Shown here piece by piece: positions 27,563-35,367 of a stretch of 64,000 nucleotides of DNA. Each line of letters starts with the position of its first letter. Positions within the stretch are counted from its first letter, which is position 1. The DNA comes from Acidimicrobiaceae bacterium (GTDB lineage Bacteria > Actinomycetota > Acidimicrobiia > Acidimicrobiales > AC-14): NCBI GenBank assembly GCA_039649175.1, contig JBBWZS010000020.1, positions 1,450-65,449 on the forward strand, in the 5' to 3' direction. The position numbers were made by a program, and so were the translations under genes. The notes beneath the pieces are model-generated. The model was given only the letters and a program-made list of their open reading frames with translations. It was not told the DNA's origin and did not search any database.

Positions 27563-28048
27563 ATGTTGAAAGACCGTCTGGTCATCGCCCTGGGTGAACG
27601 CGACGGCATCTCCGGCCCGTCCATCGAGGCCTGCGTCCGGGCTGCGGGAGGCAAAGTGGTCTTCGGGGCCACCGAGTGCTTCGTCTGAACCGCAGCCGGA
27701 GCCATGGACCTGCACAGCCAGGAGGCGATTCTCCGCCTGGTGGGTGAGCACGGCCCGCAGAACCTGATGGTGATCCTGGGCGCTCCCGATCCCGAGAGCG
27801 CAGAGATCGCCGCAGAGACTGTGGTGCTGGGCGACCCGTCGTACGCAGGACCATTGGCCGGGGCCCAGTTGGGCCTCGACGTGTACCACGTCCTCGAAGA
27901 CGCCATAAAGGCCGACGTGCCCGACGACGTCTGGGAGGAACAGATCGGCGTGATGGCCGATGTCCTCGACGGCCCTGGTGTGGCCACCGCGGTGGCCGCC
28001 ATGCGCGCCCAGGCACCCGACTCACCGGAGGCACCCGCCACCGCCTGA
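27563..28048 (+). CDS. grdA: Glycine/sarcosine/betaine reductase complex selenoprotein A, TGA at 27686-27688 read as Sec
   Basis: Hand translation: MLKDRLVIALGERDGISGPSIEACVRAAGGKVVFGATECFV-U-TAAGAMDLHSQEAILRLVGEHGPQNLMVILGAPDPESAEIAAETVVLGDPSYAGPLAGAQLGLDVYHV. This matches the GrdA signature CFVUTAAGAMD. The track shows only the post-TGA part (27704..28048). Confidence 0.9.
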
Positions 28049-28060
28049 CCGCTGCGCCAC

Positions 28061-28088
28061 GCGGGGACCGCCGGTCAGCGGTCCCCGC
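28061..28088. terminator. Hairpin between convergent grdA and the LLM gene
   Basis: gcggggaccgc-cggtca-gcggtccccgc: 11-bp perfect stem. The loop contains the stop codon of the minus-strand LLM gene. Confidence 0.5.
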
Positions 28089-29064
28089 CGGCGATGGCCG
28101 GCAACACCTCTTTGTCGTAGAAGCGCAGGAAGCCGTCCTGGTCCGGCCCGATCTGGTGGACCAGGATCTGGCTGTACCCGGCGGCTGCGAACGAGGCGAT
28201 GAGCTCGAGGTGACGGGCCGGGTCGGGCCCGAGGGCGACGGTGCCGACCATGTCGTCCGGTCGGGCCAGGGCGAGCACCCGGGCGAAGTCCTTCGGGTGG
28301 GCCAGCTCGGTCAGGGCCGACCCCTTCAGGGCCCCGTTCGGCCACCAGCGCGCCGCGGTGCGGCGGGCCTCGTCATCGCTGGCGGCCCAACACACGTGAA
28401 CCTGGGCAACACGCGGCTTGCCCGCCCCGCCCGCTCCCTCGAAGGTCTCCACGTGGCGGCTGGAGGGCGTGACCCCGAAGTAGCCGTCGCCGATGCGCCC
28501 GGCGAGGGCGGCACTGGCCTTCGACGAGCCGGCGACCACGATCGACGGTGGTCGTCGCGGCAGGGTGAACAGCTGGGCCTGCTCCACCGTGTAGTGGGTG
28601 CCCCGGTGGTCGACGGTGCCGCCCTCCCACAGCCGGCGGATGACGCCGACCGCCTCCTCCAGCATCTCCCGGCGCTCGTCGGGGCGGGGCCAGCGGGCGC
28701 CGGTGACGTGCTCGTTGAGCCGTTCCCCGGTGCCGACGCCGAGGAAGAAGCGGCCGTCGCAGAGCACGGCCACGGTGGCGGCGGCGTGGGCGATGATGGC
28801 GGGGTGCACGCGGATCAGGGGGGCGGTGACGCCGGTGCCGATGCGGAGCTGCTCGGTGGCCTGGGCGATGGCACCCAGCACCGACCACACGAACGGGCTC
28901 TGACCCTGCTCGGGCACCCACGGGTGGAAGTGGTCGGAGATGCCCGCCAGTCGGAAGCCGATCTCCTCGGCTCGTGCCGCGTTGCGCACCAGCGCCTTGG
29001 GGTCGTGCTCCTCGCACGACAGCCAGTACCCGAGCTCGAGGAGCGGGCGGGCTGCGTCAGCCAC
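28075..29064 (-). CDS. Luciferase-like (LLM class) F420-dependent oxidoreductase, G6PDH-related subfamily
   Basis: LELGYWLSCEEHDPKALVRNAARAEEIGF...ISDHFHPWVPEQGQSPFVWSVLGAIA, GRFFLGVGTGERLNEHV. GTG 29064 overlaps the upstream gene's stop by 8 nt. Confidence 0.8.
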   Translation of the reverse strand: MADAARPLLELGYWLSCEEHDPKALVRNAARAEEIGFRLAGISDHFHPWVPEQGQSPFVWSVLGAIAQATEQLRIGTGVTAPLIRVHPAIIAHAAATVAVLCDGRFFLGVGTGERLNEHVTGARWPRPDERREMLEEAVGVIRRLWEGGTVDHRGTHYTVEQAQLFTLPRRPPSIVVAGSSKASAALAGRIGDGYFGVTPSSRHVETFEGAGGAGKPRVAQVHVCWAASDDEARRTAARWWPNGALKGSALTELAHPKDFARVLALARPDDMVGTVALGPDPARHLELIASFAAAGYSQILVHQIGPDQDGFLRFYDKEVLPAIAGGDR

Positions 29065-29812
29065 CGCCGGTCTCCGCCGCGGCGTGGATCGCGTCGGGGC
29101 GGGCCACACCGACGAGGCGACCGGCCAGGGTCGTCACCACCACCCACGGGGCGGGGCTGTGCGCCAGGTTGGCTGACATCTCCTCGGCGCTCACGTGGGG
29201 CCGGTAGGTGCTGGGCCCCTCCTGCATGACCTCGGCGATGGTGCGGCTGTCCTCCATGCCCAGGGCTTCGGCCCGCACCAGGCCCAGCACCACCCGCTCC
29301 GACGGCGCCGTCACCAGGGCCAGCTCCCACCCGTCGACGCGCGCGCGCACGGCCGACACCTGTTCGTCGAGCGTGCAGGTGGGAACGGTCGCATCGGCCA
29401 GGCTCGACAGTCGGGGCTGATCGGCCAGCGTGCCCTCGAAAGGAAGACCGTCGCCGATCCACTCCATCTTCGAGCCCACGTAGTCGTAGACCTCGGCGAA
29501 CCCCAGGCTCTCGAGCCGCCACGCGGCTCGTGGGCTCATGTCTCAGAGCGAGTCGTAGCAGTAGACGATCACCGGCCGGCTCTGGTCGAGGCGTTCGGGC
29601 GCCAGATCGGCCAGCTCGGTGAGCGGCACGTGCACGGCGCCGGTGATGTGGGACTCGTCCCACTCGGCTTTGGGCATGACGTCGACCAGTTGGGCGCCGG
29701 TGCCCATCAGGCGCTGGACTTCGTGGCGGTCGATCTCGGTGGGCACGAGCAACTCCTTGGCAGTGGCGCAACGGGCGCCCGTACTCCCCTTCCCAGATCG
29801 GCCGTGGCTCAT
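29057..29812 (-). CDS. Rhodanese-CBS pair protein with an in-frame TGA (29543-29545) read as selenocysteine (C-x4-U motif)
   Basis: Track ORFs 29543..30364 (C-terminal part) and 29057..29539 are in the same frame: ...LVDVMPKAEWDESHITGAVHVPL...RPVIVYCYDSL-U-DMSPRAAWRLESLGFAEVYDYVGSKMEWIGDGLPFEG. The rhodanese fold continues uninterrupted across the TGA and is followed by a CBS pair. ATG 29812. Confidence 0.65.
29512..29530 (-). promoter_or_regulatory. SECIS-like hairpin 12 nt downstream of the rhodanese UGA
   Basis: mRNA CGAGCCG-CGUGG-CGGCUCG: 7-bp perfect stem with a 5-nt loop. Confidence 0.45.
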
Positions 29813-29887
29813 AACCTTGCGGGACCGGGTAAGCATCAGGTCTGGCGTCGGTCCGGACGTCACCGACCCGCTGATCGCAGGAGGATC

Positions 29888-30052
29888 ATGAGCCAGATTG
29901 GCGACCTGTTGAGCCGGAGCAGCTGCGCCCAGTGCGGGGCGAAGGTCTTCATGACCGACGAGGGCCGGGTGGCCTGCGAGGGTTGCCAGCTCCCCACCGA
30001 AGAGTGCACCTGTGAGGGTGCCGTCAAACCCGACACCCAGCTCCCCGTCTGA
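29888..30052 (+). CDS. Small (54 aa) Cys-rich zinc-ribbon-like protein
   Basis: GGAGGA RBS 2 nt before the ATG. CAQCG-x13-CEGC-x6-CTCEG. High GC3. Its 3' end overlaps the next gene by 35-41 nt, which lowers confidence. Confidence 0.45.
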   Translation: MSQIGDLLSRSSCAQCGAKVFMTDEGRVACEGCQLPTEECTCEGAVKPDTQLPV

Positions 30053-31151
30053 GGCCTCGGGCATCGCCGGCTCCGGAGACGAGGGACTCGGACGCAGGCG
30101 GCGGTGGCGCGCCTGGTCGATCGTGCGCCTGGTGGGCGGCCTGGCCCTGGCCGCCGTCGCCGTCAACCTGATCGCCGGCCGGCGCGCCGAGCTGGAGGGT
30201 GCCACCGCCATCCTGAGTGGGCTGCGGTGGGAGTGGCTCGTGCTGGCCTTCGCCATCGAGGTGACGTCGGTGGTGGCCTTCGCCGAGGTGGAGCGGCGCA
30301 TGCTCGGTGCCGGTGGACTGCGGGTCGGGCTCTGGCCGCTCACCGGCATCGCCCTGGCCGGCAACTCGGTGCAGAACTCCCTGCCCGGCGGTGTGGCCTG
30401 GGCCAGTGTCTTCGCCTACCGCCAGTTCCGGGCCCGGGGTGCCGACGACGTGCTGGCGGCCTGGACCATGGTGGCCGTCGAGATCCTCTCCGGTGCGTCC
30501 CTCGCAATCGTGGCCGGCGTCGGGGTGGCCCTGGCCGGCGACACCGCCACCGACCTCAACCTAGTGGGGACCATCCTCGCGGTGGCGGCGATTGCCCTCG
30601 CCGTCGTCCTGGTCGTGCGCCGACGCGGCGAGCACGTGCCCGTGACCGTGGGGTCCTGGGTGCTCAGGACGGCCCAGCGGGTGACCGGCCGCCCCCGGGG
30701 CGACGCCCACCAGATCGTCCTGCACGGGTGGCAACGGCTGGTGACGGTCACGCCCAGCCGGGCCGACTGGGCCATCGGCCTGTGCTGGTCGGCGGTCAAC
30801 TGGCTGGCCGACTGCGCGTGCCTGGCCATCGCCTTCCTGGCCGTCGGTGCCGCGGTGCCGTGGCAGGGCCTGCTCCTGGCCTACGGGGCCGGCCAACTGG
30901 CCGCCAACCTCCCGTTCACGCCCGGCGGCCTCGGCGTGGTGGAGGGCAGCCTGGCCATCGCCTTGGTGGCCTACGGCAACAACGAGGCGTCGACGGTGGC
31001 CGCCGTGCTGCTGTACCGGGTGGTGAGCTTCTGGGCCATGCTCCCCCTCGGCTGGACGGCTTGGGCCGTCCTGACCGCCCGGGCCCGCCATCTCGCCGAC
31101 GGGGACGCTCGACGCTCTCTCCTTCCCTCCGCCGCCGGGGGTGAGGGGTGA
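30012..31151 (+). CDS. Lysylphosphatidylglycerol-synthase TM-region-like (UPF0104, flippase-like) membrane protein
   Basis: Multi-TM protein with AYGAGQLAANLPFTPGGLGVVEGSL motif. Confidence 0.75.
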   Translation: MRVPSNPTPSSPSEASGIAGSGDEGLGRRRRWRAWSIVRLVGGLALAAVAVNLIAGRRAELEGATAILSGLRWEWLVLAFAIEVTSVVAFAEVERRMLGAGGLRVGLWPLTGIALAGNSVQNSLPGGVAWASVFAYRQFRARGADDVLAAWTMVAVEILSGASLAIVAGVGVALAGDTATDLNLVGTILAVAAIALAVVLVVRRRGEHVPVTVGSWVLRTAQRVTGRPRGDAHQIVLHGWQRLVTVTPSRADWAIGLCWSAVNWLADCACLAIAFLAVGAAVPWQGLLLAYGAGQLAANLPFTPGGLGVVEGSLAIALVAYGNNEASTVAAVLLYRVVSFWAMLPLGWTAWAVLTARARHLADGDARRSLLPSAAGGEG

Positions 31152-31558
31152 GGACCGGCTCGGTCCGAGGGCGCCTGGTGCTGGTGCTGGCCGCCACCGC
31201 CCTGGTGGGGGTGACGGCCTGCGGCGGGCCCCGGAACTCGCTGAACACCGACGCCAGCGTGTGCTTCCGCTCCCTGGCCGTGGCCAGTGGCGCCGTCCAC
31301 CACAAGGGCAAGCTGGTGGGCGTGCGCCGGGTCAGCGCCCGGGTGTTGACCCGGGAGATGCCCGAGGCCACCGTGACCGGGACCGCCCCGGTGTGCCTGG
31401 TGGCCTACCAGTCCGACTATCAGGCCGGCGAGGTGGCCGACGCCCGGCCGCCCGCGGCTGGCCGCTACGCGGTGGTGGCTGTCGCCACCGGTACACCCAC
31501 GCTGCTCGGGGCGCGGGTCACCGATCGGCTCCCGCTGCGGTTCCGGCACCGCACCTGA
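31148..31558 (+). CDS. Putative lipoprotein
   Basis: GTGA overlap with the upstream gene. Signal peptide plus lipobox LVGVTAC. Confidence 0.6.
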   Translation: MRTGSVRGRLVLVLAATALVGVTACGGPRNSLNTDASVCFRSLAVASGAVHHKGKLVGVRRVSARVLTREMPEATVTGTAPVCLVAYQSDYQAGEVADARPPAAGRYAVVAVATGTPTLLGARVTDRLPLRFRHRT

Positions 31559-31727
31559 GCGCGCCCCGTCGTTCTCAGGCACTTCACAGGTTCATCTGAG
31601 GGTCCTGCCAGCTTGGGTGGGCACACTGTCTGTGTCGGAGCAACCGGAGGCCGCCGTCCTCCCCCCACTGACCCGGTCAGACCGGTCGCTCCCGCCGAAG
31701 CCGGCGCCGCCTGCGGCGCCGGCTTCG

Positions 31728-32345
31728 CTATGGGCCCGGACCCGCCGACCAGGCAGTCACCACTGCGACCCACAGGTGGAAGCCCAGGGCGGGGACGATC
31801 TCGGCGATCGGCGCTCTGCCCGAAGCCGACAAGCCCACGCCGACCACACAGGCGGCGAGCTCGATCCGGCACAACCCGTAGCCCCACGCCCGCCGGCGCG
31901 ACCCGACCGGGAGCCCGGCGGCGAAGCGCCACATCAGCAGCGGCAGCGAGGCCCCGAGGACGAGGCCGCCGACGGTGTGGACGGCGTGCGACGGCCCCGG
32001 GCCCGTCAGCCGCACGCCGGCGGCAACCACCTGGCCCAACAGGCCGGTCAGGAAGACGACCAGGAAGCTGCGAGGCGAGGCGAACCAGTGTCCGACGAAC
32101 CAGGCGAAGCCCGCCATGAGCACGGCAGCGGCGACGAGCCCGCCGCGGAAGACCAACGCCGACCTCGGGTCCGTCCCCAGGTAGCTGACGGGGCGGTCGT
32201 CGAAGAACCCGAGCCCCGTCCGGTCCATGCCGGCGGCCACGCAGCCCCACAGGATGATGACGGCGGCCCCACCGCCATACCGCAGCTGAGACGGTGGTCG
32301 CCGCCGATCGACGCGCGTCGTCCCGTCCGCCCACTCCCGGTCCAC
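31728..32345 (-). CDS. Hypothetical polytopic membrane protein (DUF998-like)
   Basis: Five or six hydrophobic segments and coding-like GC3. No catalytic motif recognised. Confidence 0.5.
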   Translation of the reverse strand: MDREWADGTTRVDRRRPPSQLRYGGGAAVIILWGCVAAGMDRTGLGFFDDRPVSYLGTDPRSALVFRGGLVAAAVLMAGFAWFVGHWFASPRSFLVVFLTGLLGQVVAAGVRLTGPGPSHAVHTVGGLVLGASLPLLMWRFAAGLPVGSRRRAWGYGLCRIELAACVVGVGLSASGRAPIAEIVPALGFHLWVAVVTAWSAGPGP

Positions 32346-32386
32346 CGGATCATGTTGTCAGCGATCCACCCGACCCTCCGGTCGCG

Positions 32387-32566
32387 TCAGTCGCGGTTGT
32401 GGAGGGCGGTGGCGAACAGGCCGGCCACGCCCACGGCGATGAGCACCACGGGGAGCGCCCAGCGGATCGGGAAGCCCAGCCCCTCGTCGAGCAGGACCAC
32501 CACGGCCATGCCGGCAAACACCGTCCCTGCCACTAGGGAGATCACATCGAGGTCATGACGAGGCAC
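32387..32566 (-). CDS. Small two-TM membrane protein downstream of the PspC-domain gene
   Basis: GTG 32566 is preceded by GGAGG. VPRHDLDVISLVAGTVFAGMAVVVLLDEG...LPVVLIAVGVAGLFATAL. The longer track ORF start is not credible. Confidence 0.5.
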   Translation of the reverse strand: MPRHDLDVISLVAGTVFAGMAVVVLLDEGLGFPIRWALPVVLIAVGVAGLFATALHNRD

Positions 32567-33935
32567 GGCGAACCTCCAGCCGGCCGAAGCCGGTCCGGGC
32601 CGACAGGACGAGGCGGCCCCCGCCTTCGCGGCCCGGCTGGACGACGTGGCGCCCGTTGTCCATCCCGTCGGTCTGGCGCCCGAACAGGACCATGCTGCCG
32701 GCGCCCACGTGACCGTCGACGACCACCTCGGTGGCCTCGGGGACGACCACCTGGAGCTCGCCGGCACCCATGGAGGCGACGACCTTCCGGGTGGACCCCG
32801 ACAGGTCGACGGCGGTGAGGTCGACCACGAGATCGCCCGCCGCCAACCGGTACGGCGAGCGCAGCTCGGCCACCGACCGGGGTTGGTAGGACCGGTCGCC
32901 GACGCCGCCGCGCAGGGGGACGTCGACGGCGGCCGCCGCCGGTAGGGCCACGGCGAGGATCAGGCCCAGGGGGATGAGCCAGCGGGCCCTCCCCCGCCAG
33001 GCGCCGACCAGCAGGGCGCCCCCCACCACCAGCAGCGCCAGGGCCAGGCCCACGGTGACGGGGACGTCGACGGCACCGGTCGCGGTGACCAGGGCGAGCG
33101 CGCCGGCGAGGATCGCCAGCACGCTGAGGGTGACGGCCACCAGTACCGACCGCGGGCGGCGGGCACGGGCGGCCGGCGCCGGGACCGGGCGGGTCGGGAC
33201 GGTCGGGCCCGCCGCCGACCATGTCCGGTCGCCGCTGCCGGTGACGTCGACCTGGGTGGCGTGGGTGGTCGGGCTGGCATCGGTGGCCGCGGTGGCGGTC
33301 AGCGGCTCGGTGCCCGTGAGCGGTGTCGTAGCGGTCCGACTCTCGTCGACCGCGGTTCCGGAGTCGTCGCCTGCCGGGTCGGCGCCGGGGCCAGCACCGA
33401 GTGTCCTGGGGGGCTGCGGGGCCCACGGCGGTGGGGGCGGGCCGGCGGGCGACGAACCGGGCGGGGCCGCTGGCGGGGGCAGCGACGGCCCGGCGTGATC
33501 TCGTCGCGACCACAGGACGGCGGCACCCACGCCGAGGAGCACCAGGCCGCCGAAGCGACCACCGCCGCCGTGGTCACCGAGGCGGTCGAGCACCACGATG
33601 GCGCCCACCGCCAGCAGCACCGCAGCCAGCACCTGCGAGCTGTGGCCGTGACGGGCACGGTCGAGGATGGTGGCACCGCCCGACCGGTCGTCGGGCACCA
33701 GCAGCCACCCCACCAGGTAGAGCAAAACACCCGACCCACCGGCCAGGGACAGCACCACGAAGGCGACACGGAACACGACCGGGTCGACGTTGAAATGGCG
33801 GCCCAACCCACCGCAGAGGCCGGACACGATCTTGTCGTCGGTCGACCGGGTCAGGCGCGGGGGCGCCACCCCAGGCGGGCCTGCCGCGGGGGGAGGTGCC
33901 TGGGAGCCGGTGTGGGTGTCATCTGCGGCGTTCAT
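32553..33935 (-). CDS. PspC-domain membrane protein
   Basis: DKIVSGLCGGLGRHFNVDPVVFRVAFVVLSLAGGSGVLLYLVGWLLVP. Alternative starts at 33971 or 34031. Confidence 0.8.
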   Translation of the reverse strand: MNAADDTHTGSQAPPPAAGPPGVAPPRLTRSTDDKIVSGLCGGLGRHFNVDPVVFRVAFVVLSLAGGSGVLLYLVGWLLVPDDRSGGATILDRARHGHSSQVLAAVLLAVGAIVVLDRLGDHGGGGRFGGLVLLGVGAAVLWSRRDHAGPSLPPPAAPPGSSPAGPPPPPWAPQPPRTLGAGPGADPAGDDSGTAVDESRTATTPLTGTEPLTATAATDASPTTHATQVDVTGSGDRTWSAAGPTVPTRPVPAPAARARRPRSVLVAVTLSVLAILAGALALVTATGAVDVPVTVGLALALLVVGGALLVGAWRGRARWLIPLGLILAVALPAAAAVDVPLRGGVGDRSYQPRSVAELRSPYRLAAGDLVVDLTAVDLSGSTRKVVASMGAGELQVVVPEATEVVVDGHVGAGSMVLFGRQTDGMDNGRHVVQPGREGGGRLVLSARTGFGRLEVRRASS

Positions 33936-34049
33936 GGCCCCAGCGTGCGCCTGAAGGGGCCGTCCGTCCATCCGGGTTTTCCCGGGTCGCACCCGGACCT
34001 CCCCGGACCCGCGATCCGTGGGCGGCCCCATAGCCGCACGTCCGTCTTC

Positions 34050-35342
34050 ATGGGATCATCGGCTCTGGTGACGAGCGACGCGTCGGCGCACGACCCGACT
34101 GCAGCGGGCCGGCCCCCCCGGCTGACCCGGAGCGACGACGGCATTGTCGCCGGCGTATGCGCGGGCGTGGCCCGCTCGCTCGGCGTCGACCCCGTCGTCG
34201 TGCGGGTGGCCGTCGTCGTACTCACCCTGGCGGGCGGCACGGGGGCTGCGGCCTATGTAGCGGCGTGGCTGCTCCTTCCCCGGGACGGGCGCGACCACTC
34301 GCTGGTGCAGGCGGTGATCCGCAACCGCCGCTGGGACCTGGCCCAGGTGCTGGCCGCCGGCTCGGTGTGCCTCGGGGCCCTGCTCATCGTGCGCAACACC
34401 GGCTTCTGGTTCGACGACGCCGTCGTCTGGCCGCTGCTGCTGGCCGGCGTGGGACTGGCGTTGATCTGGCGGCAGGCGGGCGACGACGAGCGCCAGTCGT
34501 TCGTGCGGGTGGCCCAGGGGGCGGTGGGACGCCTGCCCCGTTCCGCGGTGCCGCCGATCGACCTGCGCTCCCGGCGCGCCGCCCTGGGCCGGGTCGTGGT
34601 GGGCGTGATCATGGTGGTCGCCGGCGTGGGCACCTTCCTGGCCGCCAGCGACGCCTTCTCGGCCGTGCGCCAGGCCCTGGTGGCCAGCACCGTGATCGTC
34701 GCCGGCCTGGCCCTGATCTCCGGCCCGTGGTGGCTGCGACTCGGTCGCGACCTGGCGAGGGAGCGCCGCGAGCGCATCCGTTCCGAGGAACGGGCCGAGG
34801 TGGCCGCCCACCTGCACGACTCGGTGCTCCAGACCCTGGCCCTCATCCAGCGCAACGCCGCCGACCCCCGTACCGTCGTCACCATGGCCCGCCGCCAAGA
34901 GCGCGAGCTGCGGGGATGGCTGTGGGAGACGGGCCGCCAGGCCTCCGCCGGTGAGAGCCTGACGACCGAGGTCACCCGCGTGGCGGCGGAGATCGAAGCC
35001 AGCCATGCGGTGAGCGTCGACGTGGTGGCCGTGGGTGACTGCCCCCTCGACGACCGCCTGCGGGCCATGGTGGCCGCCGCGCGCGAGGCCATGGTCAACG
35101 CCGCCACCTGGTCGGGCGTCGACACCGTCTCGGTCTACACCGAGGTCAAAGAGACCGAGGCGGCGGTGTTCGTGCGCGACTGGGGATCGGGGTTCGATCC
35201 CGCCGCCGTGGCCCCCGACCGCCACGGCGTGAGCGAGTCGATCTCGGGGCGCATGGTCCGCAACGGCGGCGCCGCCGTCGTCCGGTCGACCCTGGGCGAG
35301 GGCACCGAGGTCCAGCTGCGCATGTCGGTGGCCCAGTGGTGA
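34050..35342 (+). CDS. Sensor histidine kinase with an N-terminal PspC domain (LiaS-like)
   Basis: GIVAGVCAGVARSLGVDPVVVRVAVVVLTLAGG, H-box AAHLHDSVLQTLALIQR, HATPase C-terminus. Confidence 0.85.
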   Translation: MGSSALVTSDASAHDPTAAGRPPRLTRSDDGIVAGVCAGVARSLGVDPVVVRVAVVVLTLAGGTGAAAYVAAWLLLPRDGRDHSLVQAVIRNRRWDLAQVLAAGSVCLGALLIVRNTGFWFDDAVVWPLLLAGVGLALIWRQAGDDERQSFVRVAQGAVGRLPRSAVPPIDLRSRRAALGRVVVGVIMVVAGVGTFLAASDAFSAVRQALVASTVIVAGLALISGPWWLRLGRDLARERRERIRSEERAEVAAHLHDSVLQTLALIQRNAADPRTVVTMARRQERELRGWLWETGRQASAGESLTTEVTRVAAEIEASHAVSVDVVAVGDCPLDDRLRAMVAAAREAMVNAATWSGVDTVSVYTEVKETEAAVFVRDWGSGFDPAAVAPDRHGVSESISGRMVRNGGAAVVRSTLGEGTEVQLRMSVAQW

Positions 35343-35367
35343 GCCCCGGTGGCGACGGGGAGCCCAC

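Noticed and set aside
13721-29812. The four in-frame TGAs interpreted as real stops, pseudogenes or frameshifts
   Set aside because: In every case the frame is maintained and family-conserved sequence continues immediately after the TGA (ARI-U-HSSTV; LTAT-U-GTGTRCGAT; CFV-U-TAAGAMD; YCYDSL-U-DMSPRAAWRL). Three of the four have a hairpin 9-12 nt downstream. Three belong to classical selenoprotein families. Four independent nonsense mutations exactly at Sec/Cys positions is implausible.
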